Source of the DNA: Psammoneis japonica
Lineage: Eukaryota
Length of the DNA stretch: 64,000 nucleotides
NCBI GenBank assembly: GCA_008632985.1
Contig: QPGO01000015.1
Coordinates: 497,998-561,997 of the forward strand
Direction of reading: 5' to 3'
In this document: in pieces, positions 1 to 13,720 of the stretch
Layout: each line of letters opens with the position of its first letter
How positions within the stretch are numbered: the stretch's first letter is position 1
Translations under genes and position numbers: made by a program
The notes under the pieces: model-generated
Databases searched by the model: none
What the model saw: only the letters and a program-made list of their open reading frames with translations
What the model was told of the DNA's origin: nothing

Positions 1-443
1 CAATCGGGTAAGACACCCGTAATCTGACAATCGTCGCAGAATAGCTCCTTGAGCGAGTTGCTCAGTAGCGCCAATTCATCAGGAAGTGTCGTAAGGGGAT
101 TTCTTCCGATATTCAAGTCTCGCAAATCTGGACAACAGACGTTGCCATCGGATCCACCCAAAATGCCAATGCCTTTGAGAGAGCTGATCTGACAATCATA
201 CAGAGACAGACTCATCAAATTACGGAGTGAAGGTATGTTTTTCGGCTGGCACAGAATCGAAACACTGCCGCCGAATTCAGCCTTACGTCGCGACAGTCGC
301 AATTCCTTGAGCACTTCTCGGGTCTTTGGCCGTTTTGCCTCAGGAGGCTCGCCTTCGGTGTTCTCGACCGACGGAGGCTCTTGGACGACGGCTGCGTCGG
401 CTAAGATCCGAGGTACCTTTCTCAAATCTTTCTTGATAAACAT
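1..443 (-). CDS. Leucine-rich-repeat protein (N-terminal part, runs off window start)
   Basis: Manual minus-strand translation from ATG at 443 is open to base 1: MFIKKDLRKVPRIL...LRNLMSLSLYDCQISSL...LRDLNIGRNPLTTLPDELALLSNSLKELFCDDCQITGVLPD, with LxxLxLxxN/C repeats. Confidence 0.8.
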   Translation of the reverse strand, partial: MFIKKDLRKVPRILADAAVVQEPPSVENTEGEPPEAKRPKTREVLKELRLSRRKAEFGGSVSILCQPKNIPSLRNLMSLSLYDCQISSLKGIGILGGSDGNVCCPDLRDLNIGRNPLTTLPDELALLSNSLKELFCDDCQITGVLPD

Positions 444-868
444 GTCTACTAGCTAGTATCTATCGATCAACAGTCTTCAGGAAACACAAGTCACAGCGAA
501 ATCACCAAAAACTAATGACGGCGAGTGCATGACGAAAGACGAGAGACGACGGCTCTTCAAAAATGGCGCGAAAGCAAGGTGCGGTGAGGCGCGATCTGCG
601 CGCGACGTCTGGCCTGCTGTGCCTGCCACCGCGCACACAGACCACAGAAAAAAAGTCGGGAGTTGGGAGCCGTGTTGTTTGTCGGTGTTGTTGGTGGAGT
701 CGGCAAGAAGTTCTGTTCAGTAAAGGTGAAGCGACAGAGGGTTACATACATAACATTGTCAATTAGCTTGCCGCCCAGACTGCCAAGAGATTTTCTAAGA
801 ATCAAGTCCGCTTTTAAAAAGTGTATTGTGAAGATTGGTTGATCGTCAACACGAAGATCTAATTCAAA

Positions 869-2928
869 ATGGCGGAACAAGTCCAAGCCGTCCTGGACCA
901 AATGGTCGCTCCTCTGAAAGACCTGATGGATCGAGGAATTTTCTCAGACGACGAGATTCGAGCGATCGTGTCGAGACGCCGAGAGTCAGAATACCTTCTT
1001 CGGCGTCGAGTTGCGAGAAAGGCCGATTTCCTGCGTTACATCGAAGCAGAGATGTCGTTGGAAAAGCTTCGTGTCATTCGAACTCGTCAGGTCCTGGCGC
1101 GACAAGCCCGATCCGCCAAGCAGAGGAAAAACGATGAACAGCCAAAGGGGAAGAAAACCTATATTGGCGATAGTCATATTGTGGCTCATATTCATTTCCT
1201 GTTTACAAGAATGCTACGCAAGTTTCGGTCCGATGTTTCTCTTCATTTGCAGCACGCTGCGTTTGCAAAGGAAACAAAATCATTTACACGCCTTGGGAGA
1301 ATATACTCGGAAGCATTACAGGTGCATCCTCGCAACGTGGCGCTTTGGATTGAGGCAGCTTCGCTGGAATTCTTTGGTCATATCGACGAAAGGGACAACG
1401 TGTCGGCGGTGGCTCCGTTCAGAACGCTCGAGTTCTGTTGCAGCGGGCCTTGCGCGTCAATTCCTCGTCACAAGATTTGTGGCTTCAATATTTTGCGCTT
1501 GAATTACATCACCTTCAAAAGCTTAGAGGAAGACGAGAAATTCTTCAAATCGAAGGTGACGCTACAACCGCCGAAGAGGACAACAGGCATACTGAAGTTA
1601 ATGTGGACGACGACTCGCTCTTTACTCAAGCTACCATTGCGACGGTCGTGTTCAAGAACGCCATCAAAGCTATTCCCGATGATGTTACATTTCGACTCAA
1701 GTTCTTGGTCCTTTTGAAGCGATTTCCACAAACCGAAGCTGTTGAAACCGTCATTATGAACAGTATCAAGGAAGACTTTCATGACAAACCTGATGCGTGG
1801 ATCGCACGGGCAAATTTTGCTCTTGAACGGAAGAACGAAGGGACAAATGCCAGTGAAGCAGAAACGGACGGAGAGATGGTGGGATTCACGACAGGGTCTT
1901 CACTTTCAGAGATCAATACAGACGATGGTTTACCCCCAAGAAAAAGACAGAGAGCCAGTCAAGGTGTTATTGAGGATGACGTACTGATGGTCCTACAGGA
2001 GGCAACGGAGCAAATGCCTACAAACGAAATGTACCTGAAGGCCATACAGTTTGCCAGGTCCTACATTGAATATCTAGGTGAAGGGGAGGGTTACAGTGAT
2101 ACGGAAATAGAGGAAGCATCAAAATCGATGGCAGAAGTCAGGTCGTTTATCGATCAAGCGTTTGTCAAAGCTAGTGATCCTGACGCCGACTTGGTCTTGG
2201 AGCATGCGGACTATCTTGTAAGCAACGATCAGTTAGAGGATGCGTCAAGTGTCATGAACGAGTTTCTAGAGAATCCATCCGCTAGCCATGGTGCGAACGC
2301 ACTGGTGTGGGTTAACCTGGCTCGCTTGGTCGAACAGCTAGAAAGCCCTCGAGCTGCAGCACGCGTTCTTCGCAAGGCTGCATCGCGAATTCCAATTCGT
2401 GATGGACACCTCACGGTTACTCTGGAACTATTTTCAGTACTCTTGGAGAACGAGCCAGAAACAGATAATGCGCAAGAGAAGCTCCAAGCTGAGTTGCACG
2501 AGTTGTTTCAAAGACTGCTCTTGCTTTCACCGGGCGACGAGTACAGAGGGTCCCAAGAAAATTCTCTCATGCCCGAACGAACAGTAGCAGATATCTCGTT
2601 GGCATACCTTCATCACAGCCATGATAGCGGGGGACTGTCCATGGCAAGAAAAATTTATACGTCCCTATTTCAGTCAAGCTACTGCCAATCAATCTCGGGA
2701 AAGAGTCAACAAGAGGCGCATGTGATGGACGAACTCTTCAAGGAGTGTGTGAACCTTGAAAAGGCTACATCTAAAGGAACTGCAAAAGGCATAGTGCGAG
2801 CACAACAAAAGAAGCGACTCAGGTTTATTTACGAAGTTGCCATTTCTTTCTTCCAGGATGGGGAGCCGGCAACTGCCGATTTGTATCGGCAACGTCTCGA
2901 TGAAGATGTCAGATTTGCTTTCAACTAG
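869..2928 (+). CDS. UTP6: U3 snoRNA-associated protein 6 (HAT-repeat SSU processome subunit); 1-bp frameshift near 1403
   Basis: N-terminus MAEQVQAVLDQMVAPLKDLMDRGIFSDDEIRAIVSRRRESEY...DFLRYIEAEMSLE is typical of Utp6. The second frame continues GGGSVQNARVLLQRALRVNSSSQDLWLQYFALEL (HAT repeats). Confidence 0.88.
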
Positions 2929-3139
2929 CAATTGCTATGTATTGCGTACCTACTCTCGTCTGTGGTGGTTGGGACTTCGGGCCTAGTTTGCCGCAGCAAA
3001 TGCTCTGTTCATCGAATTCATCAAGACTCTAGAGCTGAAGCTCGCCTGGAAAACCCCCACAACAGATAGAGATGAATAGTCGTAGATCCTTTTAAGTTTG
3101 CATGAACACGTACTTGTCGAAATTGAGTTACCTTTTCGC

Positions 3140-5970
3140 TGACCAGCTTGGTCAGCAACCATGGACAGCTCATTTGAGCCATGCCATGTTGACTCCAGGA
3201 GACGGTGCATCCTCATGGTGGCTTGTTCAACAACACACATGTGTCGGGTGTGGCGAAGAGGGCAGGCACAAATGCCAGCCACACAAGAAACAACTGTGTC
3301 GGGCCAGGCACAGAGGGGGCAGTTGTGACAGCTGTTTGGTCAGGCATGTTGTTCATCAGGACACGTGACGGAGGCAGCTGTGGCAGCAAACTGTGCTGTG
3401 CATGGTCTTGTGAGTGTTGTCAGAGGAACCAAAAAAACTTGGGAGAGATGAAGGTGGCAGTCATGTGGCATTTGTTGATCACAACCCAACATGGCTGACT
3501 TCTGGTGCTGAGCTTCTGGATCCAAACCACTTTCAGAGCTGCTGCACAACTTAACCCCACCCTTCAGCTGGCCTTGGTGCGACTTCTCTCAATCAGAAAC
3601 AGCTTGCAATGGGGCAAAGAGCAGCCAACCACATCCAATGAAAGTTGAAAACAAAAGTTGCAGTTGTGGAACATCTCCAAGTGTCACAACTGTGAACCCA
3701 AACAACAGTCAGCGGATGTGGCCTGGCAGATGCTCACACTGTTTCCAGAATTTGCTTGCACATCCATGCAGCCACATGTGCGCACAGCTTCACCACTGTT
3801 TTTATCTTTCCTGCCACTTGGCATGGGCATGTTCAATCAGCGCCCAATGGAGTGGCAGCATCTCAGGAGTGGGAGCTCAAAGAGTGTGTCATAAAATGTG
3901 CATTGATGTGCCAAAGTGCCCCCAATTCTGCACAAGAGCAAAACTTGTCTTGCTTTGGTGCTGTGGGTGGAATGATCTGCTTTCATTGCTGAAGCAATGC
4001 TTTGCTGACATGCTTGTGACATCCCTTTCCACCTGTGCAGATGAAGCTCTCTGGGGAGTGGCATTTTGTGGTTTACTTGCACCTCACCTGTGTGTGTTTG
4101 CTCCCATTTTCTTGCTCTGCATTTCAACAGTCTCCACTTGACAAGATTTCTCCAGAGCTCTTGTGTGCTCCCATCAATGGCAACAAAGTGGGCTTGAACA
4201 CACAAGAGAAACAATCACTTGTCTGCAACTCAACGAACTTTCTCCAAACACATCACCAAGCCGGTCATTGCTTCCATTGATTTTTCCCATGATTCAAAGG
4301 CATCAGACTTGGGTTCCATGCTGTTGGATGCATTGCAGTCAATGCAAGTGACAAACAAACACTTCCCTCTCAGCATTTTTGTGTGTCCTTCAGATGATGC
4401 ATGGGTGCAACGTGCTTTGGCTTTGCCCTCACCCATGGAAAAAAGTGCTGTGATTGTGCCCCCTGAAACAATGCTGGGTCAAATCATGCATGACATCCTT
4501 GACAAGCACTCTGATCTGCCAAGGTTGGGCAATCAACCACCATGATGCAAGTCCTTTGCAAGGACATGGCAAGAGGCAGGCAGCCAACAATGCATTGTTG
4601 CACACCCTCGCAGCAGTTGCACATTGTCTCAAGAGACATTCTCTGGAGCAAAGAGCCATCTTGATGTGGTGACACCACCTGCAAAATGATGCTGGTGCAA
4701 GGCTTGAAGATTGCACAAGAAAATTCACAAATTGACCCAAAGATGCAGAGATTTGCTTTTTGCCAACAAAGGCACAGAGTGTGGCACAACAAACCAATTG
4801 TGTTTGGTTGGCTCACATCTGATTTTCAACTCTGTCTTGTTGGGCCAGGAGCTGCCTTGAAAAGCTGCTCTTGGCAGCTTTGAGTGCCCCATGAGATCCC
4901 CACATTGGCTTGCATCACTTGTGTGCATCTCCTGTCCCCTGCATTGTCTCTGTCAATGGCAGTCTGCAAACTTGGGCTGCTTTTCTCTCTGATCAAATAA
5001 TCTTTCAACAACAAAACCACCCCACTTGCACAGTGCTCATCTGGCAACAATGAACAGCAGAAGCTGAGTCCAGCAAATGACTTCTTTTCCCATTTCAACC
5101 CATGTTTTGGCATGCATTTTGCTGAGCTCCCAAAATTGTGCACCTGGTCTGCAACAAGCACTGGGCCATGTGACAAAATGTTGTCTTGGGTGTTGATGAA
5201 AAGGATTGCATGAGAAGTTTGGTTTGTCAAAGCCAGTGGTGTGCCAACCTTGTGCAGAAAAGCTTTTGTGAACACTTTGGGAAGCTGAGCTTGTCAAGAA
5301 CTCCTGCCTTTTCAAAGCAAACACCATGCAAAAGTTGCCATTGGGGAGAAGAAGAGAGAGAGAGATGTGGCACAAGCACAACTTGAAGCTGCTCCATGGG
5401 GCCTTGCCAATGCTGTGTTTGAAATTGTGGGTGGGGTGGGGGGGCACCTCATCTGCTGGGGGTGAAATTCACAACAAAAATGTCCACGTTAACACTTTGT
5501 CTCCAGTGCACAGAAACTTTGACTTGCAAGGACAGAAAGACCAAAAAAAGCTGCAAGCAGGTGTCATCTTTGGCAAAACAGCATCATGATTGCATGGATG
5601 TTGCACCACACTGCTTTCCAAACAGTGCAGTTTCTGACTCTTTTCTTCAGTGTGCTTTTGGAGCTTCTCTGCTTTCTTCTCTTTCAGCACTTCACATCAT
5701 TGTTCTTGAAGCCACTCTCAAGTCAGCTGACCTTCATTTTTTCATGATTTTTGCTTTGTGCTTGAGAACTTTGTTGGCACATTTCTCATCATTGACTTGT
5801 TCTTCTGTGGCACAATGAATGAGCCTCCTCTTTTGCATTGCCCAACATCTGAACACTGGCCCCATTTCCATCTGCTTGATGCTGCACATGCACTGCACTT
5901 GTTCAAAGGCTGATTTGGTCTTGAGAACAGAGTGGATCACTGGCACCAAAGGAACAGCAATTGCCAAATG
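3140..5970. mobile_element. Heavily decayed repeat/transposon remnant(s), family not assignable
   Basis: Near-complete loss of CpG and TpA, Cys/His-rich spurious ORFs, no recognisable domain. Confidence 0.5.
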
Positions 5971-6315
5971 TGTTGGAGCATCTAGATTGCAGCAATGCAG
6001 AGAACCGGATGTGTTAAAGAGAAGATGTTGAAGATCTGACATGGTGGATTTGGCGACTCTTTACATTCAGATTACATTGTCACCAATCTCACTCACCTTC
6101 CAGTTTGTCTCGCTCTTAAGAGTGAATCATCTGGGTTGCAAGAATTGCATTTTGGCATTGTCAAGTGCCTGTCATGTGGTGAGTTTGAAGTTTGCATGAA
6201 TTGACAACTTTCTTTGGGCAAGCCACAGCCACCAAAGCAGCCAGGGCACAAGTGTGATGAGTGGCACAGGAAGCTTTGCAGAGGGCTCCCTTTTGGTGAC
6301 ATTGACTTGCTGGTT
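5971..6315 (+). repeat. Putative 5' LTR of the copia (copy 1 of 3)
   Basis: About 350-bp module beginning TGTTGGAGCATC, homologous to 16035-16387 and 18411-~18700. It lies directly upstream of the gag remnant. The 3' end is approximate. Confidence 0.65.
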
Positions 6316-8384
6316 TGCAAAGAGTCACAAGCACTTTGTTCAGTGCTTGTCACAACTGACCTTCACGCAGTCATCTGACATTGAATCCCTGCACAACATG
6401 AGTGGCAGAGGATGAGAAAGCAGAGCAAGTGGTGGAGGCCAACAACACAACTGAGGCAGAGGTGACAGAGGTCACAAGTCTTCCAACAACAACAACAAGA
6501 CCAAACCAAAGAAAAGCTTTTGACCCGAGATGAAGTTTCATCCTTTGTCACTGAACAGCAATGCTTGCAATGCAACACATAAAGACATCAAATCAAAGGT
6601 CATCAGTTGCATTCAGAAAGAATGCAAACAAGGCACACATCCAGTGAGATCCTCGGAAGACATGAAGCACAAAGATTTCATTGCCAAGAAACCTGAATTG
6701 GGTGCACCCAAGTCAGAACTGCCAAAGACAGACTGCCACACTGAGATGGAAGCAAGACATCAAGACAAAAAAGAACTGGAACACAAGTGCAAGGCTGAGA
6801 TCCATGACTGCAAAAAAAAAAAGCTTGAAGAGAACAAGACCACTGCATGTGCTAAGATCCCAGATGACCACTGCACCAAGTCAATGAAGCAGAGAGTGCA
6901 GGGCAATCCCAGTTGCTCAAGTGCCAGAGATGATTGGACAGAGCTGCTCAAGCTGATGCAGTCCCTTGTGCTTGACTCAATGAGAGGTTGACACCCATTC
7001 CATGCACTTGCCAAGTCTTTGAAGCACATGTTGGAAGTGTGAAGCAACAAGAGAACAAATTGCTGAATGATTGCCTGTCAAGATTCAAGAATCAGCAAGA
7101 TGCTGCAAGCAACAGTTTGAGAAGAAAGATGCCAGCTGGGTTCATTGAGAACACCAAGGAGTGCAAAGATGGCAACTCAACAGCCCAGTCTGACCCAAAG
7201 GCAGCAGCACATGAGACATGGGCAACACATCTGTTCACAGAGAACAGCGACAATTGCTTCTGCCAGAGTTTGAAGAAGAGCTTCATGAGAGATTGCAGTC
7301 TGGGGAAGGACATGCACCCAAAGACCCTGGACAAGGCAATCAATGCACTGCCAAATCATCCAAATGACAACAATCCCAGCTGGAGACCAGTGCATGGCAT
7401 GCATCTGGCAAAGGTCAAGGTTGACCTGTCCCCCAATGCAGGAGTGGACACCTTGGACAAGCACCATGCCTGGATGGGGTGACATGAAGCTTGGATTGCA
7501 GAATGTGATCGTGAACATCCTGAGTCCGAAAGATGTGAAAGACCCAAATGAGTGCTGCATTGCTTGCAATGACCAAGTGGTGGACAAATTCTGGCTGCTG
7601 GATGAGAGGACTGGCAAGCAAGTCATGCGGTGTTCAAAGCAAATGACATTGGACTGCACACCTCTGCACTGAGCCAGTGGTTTTTTGACTGCATGAAAGA
7701 TCTCTAAGAAAGTGAGATGCATGTGTGCATGCTGTCAAAGAAGAAGACAAAGAAACAGACCAACAAGAAGCACAGGAGTGCATCTAGAATCACAGCTCCA
7801 ACAGCAGAACAGAACAACACAGGCTGCACCAAGAGAGAGGTGGCAAGTGCTGACTGGGCACTCAGACTGTGTCATGAGCCTGGAGCACCCAATGTGGCTG
7901 AGGGATTTCAAGCTGTTTTGTGATCCAACCAGGCGAAGAACTTGTCCATCACACCTGAAGATGTGAGCAGGATGGTGGCCATCTGGGGTCTGCCAACAGA
8001 TGCAATGAAAGGCAAGGCCAAGCATGCACGTCATTCCCATGAACAAAGTTGTGACATTGCAGCCATGCCACCTGAGATGTGTGTGATGCAGACAGAAGGT
8101 GCGATGCTCTTCATTGATGCCATGGAAGTGTGTGGTGTCAAGCTGCTGTGTGCAATGGACAAGACAATCAAGTGCCAATTGAGTGTGAGACTGAGGTCCA
8201 AGAAGAAACATGACAGTGTGTTTGAAGCACTGGACATGATCCTCTGACAGTGCAACATGGCCCTGATTGAGATTGACTTTGTTGAGTGTGATCCTGAGTT
8301 CAAGGAAATGCTGCTGGCAAAAGTTGCTGCTGGCATGAATCTGGAGCTGATTTCTATGAACACAAAAGACCATGTGCCCGAAGT

Positions 8385-9600
8385 TGAGCGGAGCATGCAG
8401 ACCATCAAAGAGCAAATGCAGGCCACTCCTGTGCACCATGTGCCACACAAGATGACAACCAAGTTGATGTGTGAGCATGCCATGATCAAGAGTGCTGCAT
8501 TTCAAACAAGTGCCCAGAAAAGCAAGGGATTTCTGACATTCACAGTCCGTGCACTGTTGTGCAATGAAGGAACCTCAAACACTTCCAGCTCAGGTTCAGG
8601 GAATTTGTTGTTTCTGACCCAACAAACACCATGGATGCACGTGGTGTTGACAGCATCATGTGCCTGTGACCGCATTTTGATCTGCCCAAGGTTGGACACT
8701 GCACAACGAAGCTGCACATGGGGAAGCTGTTGAACCCCTGCAAGTGTGCCTCCACACCCCTGACTGACATGCACACACAGGCAGTTTGAGAAGATTGCTG
8801 TCAAACAAGGCATCAAGGAATTTAAATTCATGGGTGAATGCAAAAAAATGATCTGCATGACACTGATTGGACTGCAGCAGTGGACAACAACAAAAGTGGC
8901 AAAAGCAATGGCAGGAAGGATGAATGCAAAGACAATCACAATGATGTCAACTGCATGACCAAGTCCAACAATGAAGACCATGTGCCAAAAGTTGAGTGGA
9001 GCATGCAGACCATCAAGGAGTGAACTCAAGCCACCACATGCCATGTGCCACACAAGTCAACACCCAAGTTGATGTGCAAGCAAGCCACAATCAACAACGC
9101 TGTCAGGTCAAATGTGCACCCACCAAAGGAAGGGATCTCCAACACTTGCAGTTCACACACTCTCATGCAATGAAGGAACATTAACTGTGACAAACACTGC
9201 TGGTTCTGGTTTGGGGAATTTGTGATTTCTCATGTTGAGAATGACCCAACAAATGCCATGGATGCACACGGCATTGACAGCATGCACCTGCAACCATGTT
9301 TTGACCTGCCCAAGGGTGGACACTGCACCATGAACCCACACACAGAGAAGCCATGAACTCCCACAAGTGCACCTTCAAACCCCTGACCAAAATGTTCATG
9401 CAGGCAGTCAAGAAGATGGCCATTGCACAAGGCAACAAGGAGTTCAAATTTGCAAGTGAACACAGAGATGATCTGCACCATGCTGATTGGACTGCAGAAG
9501 TGGACAACAACAAAAGCAACAGCAATGAAAGCAACAGTGAGGACAATTGCAAAAACAACCACAATGATGTTGACCACATGACCAAGTCTGACGATGAAGG
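8385..9600 (+). repeat. ~600-bp internal tandem duplication of the integrase C-terminal region
   Basis: aagaccatgtgcc..gttgag.ggagcatgcagaccatcaa occurs at 8386 and 8974. gattggactgcag.agtggacaacaacaaaag occurs at 8866 and 9485. Confidence 0.85.
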
Positions 9601-10404
9601 TTGCAAAGAAGATGAAGCAAACTCAGATGAGGAACACAAAGAAGCAAATGAGATTCCACACAATGGAAGATGATCCAGCCCTGATCAAAACAGCATGACA
9701 TCCAAGAAACAGAAGATGAAGACTGTGGAAGTGAAGAAAACAAAGATCATGAAGATCACAAGGAACACAATGAAGCCACAGAATCACAAGATGCTGACCA
9801 ACCCCAACAAAGACAACAGATGGGAAGAAGAAAGATTGGTGGAAGTGGCAAGTGGCATGCCTGGCAGAGCAATCAGGAGTGGTGCCAACTGTTCTGCATT
9901 CTTCAACATGAAATCAAGCAAACACATGGATGAGAAAGTTTGATTTGCAGAAGTGGCAGACACTGACAAAGTGAAACAAGAGCACAACACTCTTGAGCAC
10001 TGCCATCATTTAAGAACAAATGTGAGCCCCAATGCAGAGGATGACACAATGTGAAATGGAGACAGCAACAGTGCTTGCACACTTCATGTGTGAGATTGAT
10101 GACCAAATCTGAAGAGGAAAGGGTGTGTCTTTTGCCCAGCAATGTTTGTTGCACAAAGGCGCCTCAAAACATTTGGCCAGAGAGGACATGATGCATCAGA
10201 GAAAGAAATGAAACAACTGCATGATTGAGTGTGCTTTGCACCAGCATCAGTCAAGGATGCAACTCCAACTGAAAAAACCAATGCATCAACAGCAGCCTTG
10301 ACATTCCCAGCCAAGAAACATGATGGTCACATTAAAAGGTGAGTGATTTGCAGTGGGAAACCAACCTGAGAATGGCCAGACAAAGATGAGCCAGCCAGCC
10401 CAAC

Positions 10405-10680
10405 TGACAGAAATTGAAGGCAAATGGCAAGAATTCAAACAACAACTCCTCACTGCTGTCTAAATGGCAGATGAGTCTCTGCTCAGAGACCGTTGCAGGA
10501 GCCGAAAGACGTGCAAGTTGGTACAATCGGGCTACTGTTGTTGTTCTTGTGAGCCTTGTGGCTCGAAAGCAAACTACATTGTGCGCGAACGCGCGGAACT
10601 AAAGCACACAAAACTGTGCGCGGCAAACTAAACAGCGCGCAATGTTTCGCGCGCACCCAAATCCTGTTCAAATCCTGTCA
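10405..10680 (-). repeat. 3' LTR of the nested element
   Basis: 276 bp, 14 substitutions versus 13721-13996, no indels. Confidence 0.95.
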
Positions 10681-10746
10681 CTCCCCAGTTTGCTTGAGGA
10701 GTCACAGAAACAGATTCGACTTCGGATTGACCAAAGAACTTTGGAG

Positions 10747-12768
10747 TCAAAGCACCAAAACATGAGGAGACAAGAAAGGATCAAGATCCGAGAGCAACGT
10801 TGCATTCTCCAAGTGGGTCATCTTGAGATGAGCTGCATCTCCCCAATTGCAGATGCCGTTGTGCTTTTCAAAGCTCAAGGCACACTTGGGATCTTGTGGG
10901 ATTCCACATCCGCACTTGCAATGGAAGGAGCAAAGCTTGGTCTGGTTGACAATGTTGAACGGCGGGGCAACATTGCAGGCGGCATGGCGTTTGCATGACT
11001 CGGGGAACAGAGCAAGCATCAGTTCAAAGGCACAAGTGGTGGTCTTGTGTTCCACCAATCCGACTGCATCTCCTGAGAGACTGATCCAATTGGAGAAACG
11101 AGTCTCAAGGTGCAAGCCTTCGGGGATCGGATTGGAGCAAGACATCTTGTGGTGCAAGGCTGCAGATGTCTGATTGGGGCAACCAGTCCCGTGCTGCAAG
11201 ACTTCTGGGATCCAAAAGGACTTGCCAGTCTTGTGACACGAGTCTTCGGGGATCCAATCAGGAGGCCAAGTCTTGAGGTGCGAGACTTGGGGGATCCAAT
11301 CAGGAGGCCGAGTCTCGTGGTGCAAGACTTGAGGGATCCAATCCGGAGGCCGAGTCTTGAGGCATGAGACGTGGAGGATCCAATTGGGAGGCCCGGTCTC
11401 GAGGCACGAGACGTTTAGAGTCCAGTTGGGAGGCCTGGTCTCAAGGCACGAGACTTGGGGCCTGGTCTCGAGGTACGAGACTTGGAGCATCCAGTCAGGA
11501 GGCCTGGTCTCAAGGCATGAGACTTGAGGCATCCAATCAGGAGGCCTGGTCTCGAGGTACGAGACTTGGGGGATCCAACCAGGAGACCTGGTCTCGAGGT
11601 ACGACACTTGGGGCATCCAATCAGGAGGCCCAGTCTCGAGGTGCGAGACTTGAGGCATCCAATCAGGAGGCCTGGTCTCGAGGTACGAGACTTGAGGCAT
11701 CTAATCAGGAGGCCCAGTCTTGAGGTGCGAGACTTGAGGCATCCAATCAGGAGGCCTGGTCTCGAGGTGCGAGACTTGAGGCATCCAATCAGGAGGCCTG
11801 GTCTCGAGGTGCGAGACTTGAAGCATCCAATCAGGAGGCCTGGTCTCGAGGTGCGAGACTTGGAGCATCCAGTCAGGAGGCCTGGTCTCAAGACACGAGA
11901 CTTGAGGCATCCAATCAGGAGGCCCAGTCTCAAGGTGCGAGACTTGAGGCATCCAAAGACAACGAAGCTGCTTGGATGTCCTGAACTCCCCATCTGATGA
12001 ACCGGTTGAACTGTTGTGAACAGATTCAATGATGGGAAAAGGAGGCTCCCCATCAGGAGATGCGAGAAGCAAGTTGTCATCTCCATCACTTCCCAAACGA
12101 AGACTGTGAAGGGTGACAGCGGTCGACACATGGAGGTTGGCAGCACGTGGTTTGCGGGGTGCAAAGACTGCAGCTTTGGAAGCCATGGGTGGAGTGTCCC
12201 AACTGGTCTCGAAGTGCGGGCCTGTGCAAGGGCTGCAATCCTGCACTGGGCCGAGGTTGCTTGCAGGCGGGTTGGTCAAGACATGCGGGGCGCGACTGAC
12301 ACCACTTCTGGGGGACACCTGAGTGGTGGCACAGTGCAAGGCTGGTGTCAAAATGGCACTGGGTTCACCTGGTTTGGATGGCAAGGGACTCGGCACAGGT
12401 GCGGAGGGTGCTGCGCCAGTGGCTAGAGAGGTCAAGTAGTCCGGACCAAGGCGGCAGTTGCGAAATTCCTCGGGTGTGAGCAACCGGGGTTCATTGGTCA
12501 CATCATCACCGTTGCAAACTTTGACAAAGTAGAAGCTGATCAAAGCTGCTGGGAGGTTTCTGTGGGTCCGTGGCAAAGGCACTACATTGGCGCCGTCTCT
12601 GTAAGTGAGGGCGTCAATTTGGGTGGGTAAGAACATGAACAATTCCTCACACGATTCAATCCCGTTGATGGACAGGGCAGAACGAAGAGGGCTGTCATCT
12701 TCTTGATTGAGCACAGTGCCTAGAATGCATTTGAAGCTTTCGGTTTGTTGCTGTCGCGTGAGAACCAT
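10747..12768 (-). pseudogene. Copia gag-like ORF with a 14-aa tandem-repeat C-terminal region; one in-frame TAG at 11701-11703
   Basis: MVLTRQQQ...ILGTVLNQEDDSPLRSALSINGI...IDALTY...LTPEEFRN resembles diatom copia gag N-termini. ORFs 11701-12768 and 10747-11700 are in the same frame, split by TGG->TAG in one repeat unit. Confidence 0.7.
11090..11955 (-). repeat. 42-bp tandem array (PPDWMPQVS[Y/H/C]LETR), about 20 units, degenerating toward lower coordinates
   Basis: Plus-strand unit gagacttgaggcatccaatcaggaggcctggtctcgaggt(a/g)c. Confidence 0.95.
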
Positions 12769-13720
12769 GACGGAGGACGGTGCAGTAGAAACAAAAGACA
12801 GGAACCAATCTAGAGCGTGATCTTGACTCGGAGTTTTGACTTGGAACTTGGCTTGAAAAAGACTTGACTTGAGCTAGACTTGACTTGAAATCTTGGACTG
12901 TCTTAAAATCAGAAGTCGCCGGGCTGCACTATCCCGTTGGTTGTCAAGTGCTAAACTTCCTGTCCGGTCCGTAGAGTTGTGCCAGCACGTCCGAACCCGC
13001 AGCCAGCGGCACTTTGGGTTGCTTGCGAGCGGAGCAGCGGGTTGCAAACCCCTGCAGGCAAGCTGACCAGAGGTGGACAAGACCCCCGAACCGTTCTTGT
13101 TTTGTGTCGGTTGGATTTCCCGATTGGGCTGGCCAGTTGACGTAGGCGCCAGGCGCTGTGGACGAACGAACAAACGCGGGAAAACACCCTCGCCCCAACG
13201 TGGGCTGCAATCATGGCTGCTTGCTCTCACAGTCATCCTCGTGGACCTGGCAGAACTGCAGAGCACCAGCAGTCCGGGGTAGATCAGGTACAATGGACTC
13301 GGTGTGCTTGTAGAGTGGCAGCAAAACCGCGGTCCGAAGAGTGGGCACAAGTTCTTGGCCGTGAAGACATGTGTGTGCACATGTCTTCAGCGACGAAGAT
13401 CCTTGAACATGCAGGGTTCTTGACCGTTAACCGATGAATGGGTGCATCAAGGGATGAGGATCAAGGACAGACTTGGACATGACCGTTGATGCATGTCTTC
13501 AGCGATCCAAGGCAGCATGATCAATCCAGATGTCCAGCGGCAAGGAGACTTGACGGTGACGTTAAATTCCTGCCGATGCCTGGCATTGAACGCGCGCAGA
13601 CTTGCCGATGTATGTAGAACACACACGGAGGTCCACGCAGAATTGAAGCAGCGTCGTCGGTAAATCAACGACGACGATGGCGGTTGCTCAATGGGTTGAC
13701 AATGAGCAAGACTGTCAATC

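Noticed and set aside
565..573. E2F-like site (GGCGCGAAA) between LRR and UTP6
   Set aside because: Single short match in CG-rich DNA, not supportable without enrichment data.
1378..1393. 16-nt GT..AG mini-intron explaining the UTP6 frame change
   Set aside because: Too short, and its removal leads into the wrong frame.
11090..11955. Regular array resembling CRISPR
   Set aside because: Contiguous 42-bp in-frame coding units with no unique spacers and no cas genes, in a eukaryotic LTR element.
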